DNA of 64,000 nt from Sedimentisphaeraceae bacterium JB056. GTDB taxonomy: Bacteria; Planctomycetota; Phycisphaerae; Sedimentisphaerales; Sedimentisphaeraceae. The stretch covers positions 387,731-451,730 of the forward strand of contig JBITAJ010000022.1 of assembly GCA_044440125.1 (NCBI GenBank), written 5' to 3'. A model generated the notes under the pieces. That model did not search any database and was not told where the DNA came from. It was given only the letters and a program-made list of their open reading frames with translations. This document shows, one piece after another, positions 10,676 to 19,631 of this stretch. How positions within the stretch are numbered: position 1 is the stretch's first letter; the number at the start of each line of letters is the position of its first letter. Position numbers and translations under genes: made by a program.

Positions 10676-12109
10676 TTATCTCAGATCAAAAATTTTACCG
10701 GGATTCAAAACATTATTCGGATCAAGGCCAAGTTTTACTGCTCTGAGCATATTCAGATAAGCTTCACTGACCACTGTTTTCATATATTTCTTTCTTTTAT
10801 GCCCGATTCCATGCTCACCAGAAATTTTCCCGCCAAGCTCAGCAGTTAATCCATAGAGCTGCTCAAGTATTTGCGGCAGCAGTTTATACCAGTGCTCATC
10901 GCTCCATGAGGGATCAGAAACGATCCTCGCATGAAGATTTCCGTCACCGGCATGTCCAAAGCACGGAATCATAACATTGTATTTCTTCGACAATTCTTCA
11001 AACTTCTCTACGGCGATTGCTATTGAAGCAGGAGGAACAACTATATCTTCATTGCTCTGACGCTTGCTTATGATATTGTAAGCCTCGCCGATATTTCGCC
11101 TGATCTTCCAAACACGCTCCGATGTAGTGGGATTATCAGCAACATAAACTTCTATGGCATCATAAGACAAGCAGAGTTCACCTATTATCTCGTATTCCCT
11201 TTCAACCTGCTCTTTATCCGAACCGTCAACAGTAATGATCAGCATAGCCCCGGCATTCTGGTAGTCAATGGTCTCGTTGAGATAGTTACAGGCGGCTTTA
11301 ACCGAATTTTTATCCATAAATTCTATTGCAGTAGGTATTATACCTGATTCGGTCATAATCTTCGGTACAGTGCGTACCGCATCCGCCGCACTGGAAAACA
11401 GACACAGCAGATCCACCTGATATTTCGGTAACGGCATCAGCTTGAGTATTATCTTGGTAAAAATTCCAAGTGTCCCTTCACTGCCTGTCATCAACTGGAT
11501 CATGTTATATCCCGTAACGTCTTTTATGACCTTACCGCCAAGCTCTACTATTTCACCACCGGCAGTAACAACCTCAAGACCAAGAACATAACGACTGGTA
11601 ACTCCATATTTCACGGCCTTGCCGCCGCCGGCGTTCTCGGCAACATTGCCGCCGATATAACAAGTCTCCATGCTCATTGGATAGCCCGCAAAGAACAATC
11701 CGTAAGGCTTGAGATACTCATTGATATCATTTGCCACTACACCCGGCTCAACAACGATCATCATGTTTTCCCGGTCAAGCTCAAGTATTTCATTCATCCT
11801 GTCAACAAATATCACTATTCCGCCATAGATCGGGACCGCCCCGCCGCTCATGCCTGAACCGGCCCCGCGCGGCGTTACTGGTATCATTTCCCTGTTGGCA
11901 AGTTTCATTATTTCCGCTATTTGCTCAGATGTTCTTGGGCGGACGACAACATCGGGCATATGTGCATAGTGTTTATCAGGTATCTCGTCACGGGAAAAAG
12001 CTTCAATAGAACCGGGGTCTCCGTATATTACATATTGGCTCCCAACTATATCTCGAAGCTGCTCCACTATGTCTTCTGTTACGATGTTGTATTTACTTTC
12101 AAGACTCAT
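10676..12109 (-). CDS. FAD-linked 2-hydroxyacid dehydrogenase (LctD/GlcD-like)
   Basis: PRGAGSG, NAGG..KYGVT, GSEGTLG, GHAGDGNLH, SGEHGIG and LNPGK motifs; directly after etfBA. Confidence 0.88.
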   Translation of the reverse strand: MSLESKYNIVTEDIVEQLRDIVGSQYVIYGDPGSIEAFSRDEIPDKHYAHMPDVVVRPRTSEQIAEIMKLANREMIPVTPRGAGSGMSGGAVPIYGGIVIFVDRMNEILELDRENMMIVVEPGVVANDINEYLKPYGLFFAGYPMSMETCYIGGNVAENAGGGKAVKYGVTSRYVLGLEVVTAGGEIVELGGKVIKDVTGYNMIQLMTGSEGTLGIFTKIILKLMPLPKYQVDLLCLFSSAADAVRTVPKIMTESGIIPTAIEFMDKNSVKAACNYLNETIDYQNAGAMLIITVDGSDKEQVEREYEIIGELCLSYDAIEVYVADNPTTSERVWKIRRNIGEAYNIISKRQSNEDIVVPPASIAIAVEKFEELSKKYNVMIPCFGHAGDGNLHARIVSDPSWSDEHWYKLLPQILEQLYGLTAELGGKISGEHGIGHKRKKYMKTVVSEAYLNMLRAVKLGLDPNNVLNPGKIFDLR

Positions 12110-13104
12110 ATTTTTTCACCTTGCCTGATGCGATCTATCATCATAGGTACAACTTCAAAGAGATCCCCTACAATTCCCATATTTGCCAATTTGAATATCT
12201 GTGCTTCGGGATCACTATTGATGGCGATTATATTTTCAGCCGTCTGCATTCCCGCGATATGCTGGATAGTACCCGAAAGACCAATGCCTATATAAAGTTT
12301 CGGGCTCACCGTCTGGCCGCTTAAACCTATTTGATGAGGATAAGAAAGCCAGCCTCTGTCCACAACATCCCTTGTAGCACCAACCGCAGCACCCAGCAGT
12401 TCGGCAAGCTCATATATCATAGGCAGGTTTTCGGCCCTTTTTATGCCGCGTCCGACACACACGACTGTCTCGGCTTCAGATATAGAAACCGAATCCTCAT
12501 TGACCTTGAAGCCAACATTGCTGATACGGCTTTTGAGAAGATCACAAGAAGCTTTAACCCTCAATATTTCTCCTGTTCTGCCTTCCTGTAAATCGGCCTC
12601 TCTTGTTGATCTGGGCCTGACTGTAGCCATTTGAGGTCTGTGATCGGGGGTTTTGATCGTAGCCATGATGTTTCCGCCGATCGCGGGCCTTGTCTGAAGC
12701 AAATTACCTGTATCAGCTTCAATATCAAGTTCGGTACAATCCGCTGTCAGGCCTGTATTGGCCTTTATGGCAACGTACGGCATTAAAGTTCGTCCGGTTG
12801 TAGTTGCCGCTGCAATTATTATATCAGGCTTATACTTTTCAACCACATCCATCATACACTCAGAATATGTCTCTACAAGGAAGTCTTCAAGCTCAGGAGC
12901 CTCAACGCAAACAACTTTATCAGCTCCTCTTAATATAAGTTCTTCAAGCCCGTTCTGGTCAATATTATTCCCAAATATCATCGCGGAAAGATTTTGACCG
13001 CTTTTATCGGCAAGTTCTCTGCCGCGTCTGAGCAGTTCAAAAGAAACTCTTTGAACATATCCCTTTCTTTGCTCAGCAAGTATCCATACACCACTATGTC
13101 TCAT
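12106..13104 (-). CDS. etfA: Electron transfer flavoprotein alpha subunit
   Basis: GLTADCT, TRPAIGGN, QIGLSGQTV and GLSGTIQH motifs. Confidence 0.93.
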   Translation of the reverse strand: MRHSGVWILAEQRKGYVQRVSFELLRRGRELADKSGQNLSAMIFGNNIDQNGLEELILRGADKVVCVEAPELEDFLVETYSECMMDVVEKYKPDIIIAAATTTGRTLMPYVAIKANTGLTADCTELDIEADTGNLLQTRPAIGGNIMATIKTPDHRPQMATVRPRSTREADLQEGRTGEILRVKASCDLLKSRISNVGFKVNEDSVSISEAETVVCVGRGIKRAENLPMIYELAELLGAAVGATRDVVDRGWLSYPHQIGLSGQTVSPKLYIGIGLSGTIQHIAGMQTAENIIAINSDPEAQIFKLANMGIVGDLFEVVPMMIDRIRQGEKI

Positions 13105-13898
13105 TTCAGAAGCTCCATGCTTTCAAGATAGTCGAAAAACTTACCAACAGATGATTTCACCAATACCTCATCTGATGCAAAGTTCATATCACACTGACGA
13201 ACAATTTTGGGTTTGGATATTTTCACGACACGAGTGGGAGAGCCTTTCAATCCAATCTTTGAGGCATTTATGCCAAGCTTTTGGTGATCCCATACCTCAA
13301 TATCTATCTTTTTCGCCTTCTGCTTACCTCTCAGAGTAGGAAGTCTTGGGTCACTAACCTCTTTTACCACGGTCAGAACGGCAGGCAGGCTCATCTGCCA
13401 TATATCGTAACCGTCCTCAACCATTCTCTCGATCACACAAGATCCGTCAGTAATTTCACGAACCTTACTTACATATGTCGCTGCAGGCAAATCCATAAAA
13501 GCCGCAATACCGGGACCAACCTGGCCGGTATCACCGTCAGTAGCTCTTTCACCGCAGATTATTATATCGGCATTAAGGCGTTTGACCGCTTCAGATAAAA
13601 CATAAGATGTCGCCCAGGTATCACTGCCGCCAAAAGCCTTGTCGCTTAGAAGCAAAGCATCATCACATCCCATAGAAACAGCCTCACGAAGAGCCTCTCT
13701 TGCTTTTGGAGGCCCCATTGTAACAGCAGTTATACTGCCGCCATAAGTTTCTCTTAATCTTATTGCCAGTTCAATCGAATATAAATCGAGTGGATTAACT
13801 ATGGACTCGACACCTTCACGTATCACAGTCCCTGTAGCTTCATCCATTTTCACATTTTTGGTCTCTGGTACCTGTTTAATAGACACAACTATTTTCAT
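13101..13898 (-). CDS. etfB: Electron transfer flavoprotein beta subunit
   Basis: IKQVP, GSDTWAT, DGDTGQVG and GLKGSPT motifs. Confidence 0.93.
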   Translation of the reverse strand: MKIVVSIKQVPETKNVKMDEATGTVIREGVESIVNPLDLYSIELAIRLRETYGGSITAVTMGPPKAREALREAVSMGCDDALLLSDKAFGGSDTWATSYVLSEAVKRLNADIIICGERATDGDTGQVGPGIAAFMDLPAATYVSKVREITDGSCVIERMVEDGYDIWQMSLPAVLTVVKEVSDPRLPTLRGKQKAKKIDIEVWDHQKLGINASKIGLKGSPTRVVKISKPKIVRQCDMNFASDEVLVKSSVGKFFDYLESMELLK

Positions 13899-13950
13899 TT
13901 TGTTACTCCGATAAGCTCAAAAAGAATCAAAGCCTTAACTTATTACTCAT

Positions 13951-13980
13951 ATCTTATCATAAAAAGTCATAAGCTGTCAA
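13951..13980 (-). promoter_or_regulatory. Putative sigma70 promoter of the etf operon
   Basis: Minus strand TTGACA (13980-13975), 18-nt spacer, TAAGAT (13956-13951) preceded by TG (extended -10). Confidence 0.6.
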
Positions 13981-14129
13981 TAAATTTCTCAAAAAACCAC
14001 CAGACTAAAATCAAAAAACGCATAACTAAACCCTAAATACTTTACTTAAGGAATATTATAACGTATATTATGGGTGATTGTTTATGATTTCATAATTTAT
14101 CATCAACAATAATGAAAGGCTACTTAAAT

Positions 14130-14300
14130 ATGAAAATAGTGGCAACTTTGGCTCTAATAATAACTGCATTACTCTTTGCAGATTAAGACAATGCCCCCTT
14201 CATGGCAGCATCAAGCCGGCTATACCCATCAAAGTTGGGATTTTGGCGACAGCGGTATGGCACACCTACCATTGATGCCTTTATGAACACACATCCATTT
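14130..14300 (+). pseudogene. Probable decayed secreted-protein gene fragment
   Basis: GAAAGG RBS, ATG 14130, signal-peptide-like MKIVATLALIITALLFAD then TAA 14184-14186; the +1 frame reads PPSWQHQAGYTHQSWDFG. Confidence 0.4.
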
Positions 14301-14403
14301 ATGAACGGGTGGTTATATTTCGATATTTATTATTATATAAATCAGCGGTTTTGTGGAAAAACAATTATTTTCAATCACAGTAATAACAGAAACAGGTATA
14401 TAC

Positions 14404-14814
14404 TCAATTGATAACCACAGTGTAACTTACCTGAGCGTTTTTGACACCTTTAAGAGACTTGACTGCATTCACGATAGATTCAATTTCTTTCACTTTGCCT
14501 CTTAATATTATGATTTCGAAGCAATTATGATGATCAAGGTGCAAATGAGTAGAAACCATTACTTCAAGAAGATAGTCATGCTGTAATTCCGTAAGTTTTT
14601 GCGATAGATTTGGTGTATGATGGTCATAAATCAAGGTTAACGCAGCTATGGCTTCACTATCTGTTTTACTGAGTTTCTCATCAGAAAGATATTTCCTGAT
14701 AAGATCACGAAAAGCCTCTGAACGTGCCGTATAGCCTTTTTCCATTATCAAACTGTCGAACTTCACCAGAAGTTCTTTATCTAATGATACGCCTATTCTT
14801 TCCAAATCACTCAT
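14404..14814 (-). CDS. nikR: Nickel-responsive regulator NikR
   Basis: RIGVSLD ribbon-helix-helix; RSEAFRDLIR; YDHH and STHLHLDHHNCFE Ni-site motifs; start at ATG 14814. Confidence 0.95.
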   Translation of the reverse strand: MSDLERIGVSLDKELLVKFDSLIMEKGYTARSEAFRDLIRKYLSDEKLSKTDSEAIAALTLIYDHHTPNLSQKLTELQHDYLLEVMVSTHLHLDHHNCFEIIILRGKVKEIESIVNAVKSLKGVKNAQVSYTVVIN

Positions 14815-14884
14815 TGTATATCCTGAAAAATTAATAACCAATAAGGATTATTCTATCAAAACTCAACTGTTTGTCATTAAATTC

Positions 14885-14913
14885 TTGCAATATTCGTCCT
14901 TATAGAGTAATCT
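14885..14913 (+). promoter_or_regulatory. Sigma70 promoter of the cupin/metal-ABC operon
   Basis: TTGCAA (14885-14890), 17-nt spacer, TAATCT (14908-14913). Confidence 0.7.
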
Positions 14914-14917
14914 TTCA

Positions 14918-14944
14918 GTAATACGAAATTAAAATTCGTGCTAC
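14918..14944. promoter_or_regulatory. Putative NikR operator
   Basis: GTAATAC-N13-GTGCTAC imperfect palindrome (GTAATACGAA/TTCGTGCTAC, 8/10) over the predicted transcription start, next to nikR. Confidence 0.75.
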
Positions 14945-14982
14945 CATACATAGAAACACAAAATTCAAACAGGAGAGAACAT

Positions 14983-15309
14983 ATGCAGGATGAGATTAAA
15001 GTTATTGAATTAATCACTCAACCAGATTACCAACCATTATTAACCGGTGAGCCGCAAACTAAGGGAATGCGAGCAGGAAGAGTATATCTCAAACCAGGTG
15101 AAGACTGCGGAGAACACTCTACTGAAGCACATGAAGAAACACTGGTTTTCCTTAAAGGTAAAGGTAAATCTCTAATAGGCAATGACAAAAAACCACACGA
15201 AGTTGGCGAAGGCAAGGTAGTGTACATACCACCATTTACAATACATAATATAGTAAACGATTCAAAAGAACCGCTGGTTTATATTTACTGTGTTGCTCCA
15301 ATTTCATAA
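14983..15309 (+). CDS. Cupin domain protein
   Basis: PGEDCGEHSTEAHEE and YIPPFTIHNIVN cupin motifs; AGGAG RBS before ATG 14983. Confidence 0.85.
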   Translation: MQDEIKVIELITQPDYQPLLTGEPQTKGMRAGRVYLKPGEDCGEHSTEAHEETLVFLKGKGKSLIGNDKKPHEVGEGKVVYIPPFTIHNIVNDSKEPLVYIYCVAPIS

Positions 15310-15324
15310 AACTAACAGAGAAGG

Positions 15325-16317
15325 ATGTTTATGTTCAAAAATAAAATAACAGTTTTTGCGGCGTTTTGCCTAACGAGCGTTTACTGCTTTGGAGTTACCC
15401 ACTCTGAGCTTCAGGCAGTCAACTCTGATGGATCAAGTGCGTTTTCAGGGTCCGATATAATACAGTTAGAAGGCATCATACTGAACAGTCCGGAAAATAA
15501 TCTTTCACCAGAACCCAATTCCCTTGCATCGCCTTGGTTCATGGGTGGGCAGTGGCAAATATTTATTCAAGGTGAAGGCGAAGATACGGCAGGTACTGCA
15601 TGTTGGATGGGACAAAATTACGCAAACGGCCCCGGCACAGACAGTTATACTGAACAGCAATGGCTTGCAGAACTTAATCGTCTCAATTATGACAGTTCTA
15701 CCGGCTATGCCTTCAGAGCCGGAGATCGCGTACAGGTTACCGGTTCATATTTGTTTTATGGTGGAAAAGTTAATATAAATGAAAATCACCAAACCAATCC
15801 AGATTTTGATTTCACTATTGAGCTTGTTAAACCTGCAGTCGGACTACCTAAACCAGAAGAAATAAGCCTTTCCGACCTGAAAGATGCAAACAACGAGTTT
15901 ATTTTCGATCAAAGCCGCCAAAGCGGTCCGGAACGTTATCAGAGCAGGCGTGTCCGTATAAGCGATGTCTGGGTAAATAATCCTGAAAACTGGATTCCTG
16001 ATGGCAATATAGAATTGCAAGACTCCACCGGACGAACAATGCCGGTAAGTTTAGGTCTTGGTAAAGGAATTTCTCTTTACCAATGCCCTGAGGGAACAAT
16101 CGATGTTATAGGAGTTCTAAATCAGGAAGGCGGCAGCGACCCCACTTCCGGATATGAAATCATCATTTTTGATTATAACGGCAACCCGCTTGTACTTGGT
16201 GATACCGGACCAACAAGAGGCAATCTTGCAGGTGATATAAACAATGATTTCGTTGTAAATATAAATGATTTGGCAGCAATTGCGTCAAACTGGCTTAAAG
16301 ATATAGCCGGTCTTTAA
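15325..16317 (+). CDS. Secreted protein with probable OB-fold-like domains and a C-terminal dockerin/EF-hand-like tag
   Basis: Signal peptide; GDRVQVTG segment; C-terminal GDINNDFVVNINDLAAIASNWL. Confidence 0.65.
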   Translation: MFMFKNKITVFAAFCLTSVYCFGVTHSELQAVNSDGSSAFSGSDIIQLEGIILNSPENNLSPEPNSLASPWFMGGQWQIFIQGEGEDTAGTACWMGQNYANGPGTDSYTEQQWLAELNRLNYDSSTGYAFRAGDRVQVTGSYLFYGGKVNINENHQTNPDFDFTIELVKPAVGLPKPEEISLSDLKDANNEFIFDQSRQSGPERYQSRRVRISDVWVNNPENWIPDGNIELQDSTGRTMPVSLGLGKGISLYQCPEGTIDVIGVLNQEGGSDPTSGYEIIIFDYNGNPLVLGDTGPTRGNLAGDINNDFVVNINDLAAIASNWLKDIAGL

Positions 16318-16338
16318 TCAGAATATTGGCTGAATTTT

Positions 16339-16989
16339 ATGAAGCGGGCATTCACACTAATCGAACTGCTGATTGTAATCAGCATTATCACTCTTATGCT
16401 TGCAACACTTTTGCCTGCATTCTCTCGCATAAGGATGCAGGCAAAAGTGCTCACTGCAAACTCAGACCTGCGCCAAATAGGCATATGTCTGGATATGTAT
16501 ACAGTTGATAACAATAATAGATTTCCGCCTACCCGAAAAGATTGTAATCTTGGATGGGAAGACCATCAACTCCCTCCCGAACTGGTTGAAAGCGGCTATC
16601 TTCCTGAACCGGAAAGCAGCAGTAACACAAGCGCGGGCATTTACGATGTATTCAACCATAACGTTACATACAAATATTGGTCCGTAGGACAAATGTACCA
16701 GAACGGGAAATACAGTGAACGACTTAAATCAGGATTATATGTTCCCAAAAACTTTCCTGCAAATAATGAGGAAAAACCTGAGACTGACATCTACTACAAT
16801 GCCCCTGACCTATCCCCTGTAAATTGGGTTATTTACAGTGAAGGTCCCAACTACGATGCATGGACAGCAATAAAAGAACTCAACGGACCTGTACCCCGCC
16901 GCTGTTGGTATGATCCAGCAAAAAATGAAGGACTGATAGTCAGAATAAGTACCAAAAACGGTGATCAAATAGGAACATTTCAAGAATAG
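16339..16989 (+). CDS. Prepilin-type N-terminal cleavage/methylation domain protein (planctomycete pilin-like)
   Basis: MKRAFTLIELLIVISII...LLPAFSRIR...DLRQIG. Confidence 0.85.
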   Translation: MKRAFTLIELLIVISIITLMLATLLPAFSRIRMQAKVLTANSDLRQIGICLDMYTVDNNNRFPPTRKDCNLGWEDHQLPPELVESGYLPEPESSSNTSAGIYDVFNHNVTYKYWSVGQMYQNGKYSERLKSGLYVPKNFPANNEEKPETDIYYNAPDLSPVNWVIYSEGPNYDAWTAIKELNGPVPRRCWYDPAKNEGLIVRISTKNGDQIGTFQE

Positions 16990-16993
16990 CACA

Positions 16994-17824
16994 ATGAAAC
17001 CATATATAACAACATGTTTATTAATTTTTATTCCATTTATCTTCGGTTGCAGGGAAAATAAAACATCACACAACAACCCTGCTATTGCTGTAAGCAGCTC
17101 ATATATTGAAGCCGCTCTAAAAGATATCTGTGGCAAAGATGCAAATATACTGCTTATTGTCCCTCCCGGCATGTGTCCTGGACATTTTGATATTTCGCCA
17201 CAAAAAGTTAAGATGATAAGTGATTGCCGCCTGCTTTTACTTTTTGACTTTCAAACAAGTATGGCAGATTCCCTTAACAGACTTAAAGACAACGGATTAA
17301 ACATCGAGTCACTATCTGCTCCCGGAGGATTATGCAAACCTCAAAGTTATATGTCTGTTGTTGAACAGATAAGTATAATACTAAGCGAGCTTTATCCAGA
17401 AAAAAAAGATTTCTATACAGAACGTAAAACCTGTATAAATCAGAGAATGATTTCTCTGCAAAAACAATTAATAACAACAGTAACAGACTCTCATCTTTCA
17501 GGAACAAAAATTCTTTCAGCAACTCATCAGGCAGATTTTGCCAAATGGCTCGGGCTTGACGTAATCTCAACTTATGGTTCGCAAGATACAACAACGGCAT
17601 ATGAAATAAACCAAATATTGCAAAAGATAGATACCGAACAAATAAGTATCATAATAGCTAACAAGCAACAGGGTTCACAATTGGAAAGTGTATTATCAGA
17701 ACGACTCAACGTCAGGTTTACCGAATTCAACAATTTCCCTTTATGTGAGACCGGCAACGCTCCCTTTTTTGATACAATGGTAACAGATAACGTAAACAAA
17801 CTCATAGAAAAGCTAAATGACTGA
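16994..17824 (+). CDS. Metal ABC transporter substrate-binding lipoprotein (ZnuA/cluster A-I-like)
   Basis: Lipobox IFGC; PPGMCPGHFD; precedes ATPase and permease. Confidence 0.75.
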   Translation: MKPYITTCLLIFIPFIFGCRENKTSHNNPAIAVSSSYIEAALKDICGKDANILLIVPPGMCPGHFDISPQKVKMISDCRLLLLFDFQTSMADSLNRLKDNGLNIESLSAPGGLCKPQSYMSVVEQISIILSELYPEKKDFYTERKTCINQRMISLQKQLITTVTDSHLSGTKILSATHQADFAKWLGLDVISTYGSQDTTTAYEINQILQKIDTEQISIIIANKQQGSQLESVLSERLNVRFTEFNNFPLCETGNAPFFDTMVTDNVNKLIEKLND

Positions 17825-18629
17825 ATACAGCTTACAACTATCTGACATACATATAAGGCGTTCAGGCCGCAATATCCTTGACATAGATAACATAATTGTC
17901 AAAAAAGGAGAATTTGTAAACATCATTGGAACTAACGGCGCAGGAAAGACAACCTTTCTTAAACTTATATGCGGTCTGATAAAACCTTCACGTAAAGCTA
18001 TTGTGAAGATTGAAGGAACGAATATAAATTCAGTGCATCCATGGCAAAAAAACTCAGTTCGCCGCAGCATAGGCTATATTCCCCAATTCTCCTCATATAA
18101 TACAGAATTGCCGTTTACTGTACGTGAAATAGCACTTATGGGATTGGCCGGTATAAAACCAATTTTCTCACGTTATACATCTGAGGACAAATATATCGTT
18201 GATAAACAACTTGATGAATTAGGTCTTGGCTTACAAAAAGGACAGGTATTCGGAAGTTTGTCAGGTGGAGAACAGCAGAAAGTACTCATCGCACGGGCAC
18301 TTGTACAGAAACCTACAATATTATTGCTCGATGAACCAACATCCAGTCTTGATTTCAACTGGAAACTGCGTATAACTGAACTGATTAAAAGCCTGCACAA
18401 AAAACTTTCATTAACAGTGATTCAAGTTACACATGAACTAAATGCTGTTTCACTCGATGCAGACAGAACAATACTGATCGACAGTGGAGTAATTGTTCGT
18501 GATGGGGAGACAAGAGATGTACTCTGCTCGCACCAGTTGCAGCAAATATACGATATAAACATCGACATTATACAAAAGAACAATAAAAACGTTGTACTCT
18601 GCACTGCTTTAAGAGAAGGGGTAGTTTGA
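17817..18629 (+). CDS. Metal ABC transporter ATP-binding protein
   Basis: GTNGAGKTT Walker A; GYIPQ; LSGGEQQ; LLLDEP; VTH. Confidence 0.9.
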   Translation: MTEYSLQLSDIHIRRSGRNILDIDNIIVKKGEFVNIIGTNGAGKTTFLKLICGLIKPSRKAIVKIEGTNINSVHPWQKNSVRRSIGYIPQFSSYNTELPFTVREIALMGLAGIKPIFSRYTSEDKYIVDKQLDELGLGLQKGQVFGSLSGGEQQKVLIARALVQKPTILLLDEPTSSLDFNWKLRITELIKSLHKKLSLTVIQVTHELNAVSLDADRTILIDSGVIVRDGETRDVLCSHQLQQIYDINIDIIQKNNKNVVLCTALREGVV

Positions 18630-19426
18630 TGGACCCCTTCTTCTATCTTATCATAATAGCCGGTGCAATCGCAGGAGGTGGAACTGCATATCTCGGAGTG
18701 TTTATCGTAGGAATGAGAATGCCGTTCATAGGTACATGTATATCTCATGCGGCTATGGCGGGTACTGTGCTTGCGGTATTAACCGGAATAAACCCTACCA
18801 TCGGCGCAGCTGCATTATCCATCGCCTCCGCCGTCTCTTTAGCAGCGCTACCGCCGCACCGTTCACGAATTGACAATAATGTAGGTTTGGCGGTGCTGTT
18901 TTCTCTTATGCTTGGTCTTACTTTTCTGGGCATCGGCCTGGTGAATAATCAACGATCAGATTTACTTGGTATGCTCTGGGGCAGTTTGCTTTTTGTTCAG
19001 AAGGATTCTGTTCTTATGATTTCCGCCGGCACTCTCGCTATGCTCATTTTTTCCTGTCTTTTCAGTAAAGAACTCAAACTGATACTTTTCAGTCGTGAAA
19101 TCGCTGTTACAACAGGTATACATCACTGCATGGTATACTGTCTTTTTCTGGCCTTATGCGGGTTTATTCTCTCTGTCAATCTGAAATTAATCGGCGGATT
19201 GATGATATTCGCCCTGACAACAAATCCAGCCGCTGCCGCTTACCAGATATGCAAAGGATATCGTTCTGTAGTAGCCGTCTCAACTTTGTTCGGTATCCTT
19301 TCGACAGTAGCCGGATTTCTCATATCATATTATTTCAACCTACCGACAGGGGCTTCAATAGTTCTGGTCAGTACATTTATATTCGCTCTCTGTGCTGTTA
19401 TAAACAAGGTGTTTTCACTACAATAG
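18629..19426 (+). CDS. Metal ABC transporter permease (ABC-3/ZnuB-like)
   Basis: Multi-TM; ISHAAMAG, LWGSLL and NLPTGASIVL motifs; TGATG coupling. Confidence 0.88.
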   Translation: MDPFFYLIIIAGAIAGGGTAYLGVFIVGMRMPFIGTCISHAAMAGTVLAVLTGINPTIGAAALSIASAVSLAALPPHRSRIDNNVGLAVLFSLMLGLTFLGIGLVNNQRSDLLGMLWGSLLFVQKDSVLMISAGTLAMLIFSCLFSKELKLILFSREIAVTTGIHHCMVYCLFLALCGFILSVNLKLIGGLMIFALTTNPAAAAYQICKGYRSVVAVSTLFGILSTVAGFLISYYFNLPTGASIVLVSTFIFALCAVINKVFSLQ

Positions 19427-19454
19427 ACACATTCAAAACGAAGTTTTTGGCAAA

Positions 19455-19550
19455 TTGACGAACTTTTGACGAACTATGGGGTAAAATGGGTGTTTTGAGC
19501 AGAAAAAGAAAAAGCCTCAAAACCGCTAAGACCAGCAATTTCAAGGCTTT
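19455..19550. repeat. Tandem TTGACGAACT repeat and AAAGCCT/AGGCTTT hairpin past the tRNA 3' end
   Basis: TTGACGAACT-T-TTGACGAACT at 19455-19475; inverted AAAGCCT...AGGCTTT at 19511-19550. Confidence 0.5.
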
Positions 19551-19557
19551 ACAAAAA

Positions 19558-19631
19558 CACACCCGCCAAGATTCGAACTTGGGACCTACGGATTAGAAAT
19601 CCGTTGCTCTATCCTGCTGAGCTACGGGTGC
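19558..19631 (-). tRNA. tRNA-Arg(TCT)
   Basis: GCACCCG acceptor stem, TAGCTCAG D-arm, ACGGA-TTTCTAA-TCCGT anticodon arm, GTTCGAAT T-loop; CCA not encoded. Confidence 0.95.

Noticed and set aside
14202..14411. 69-aa ORF as an intact gene
   Set aside because: No RBS, it overlaps the nikR stop, and it is better explained as part of a decayed fragment.
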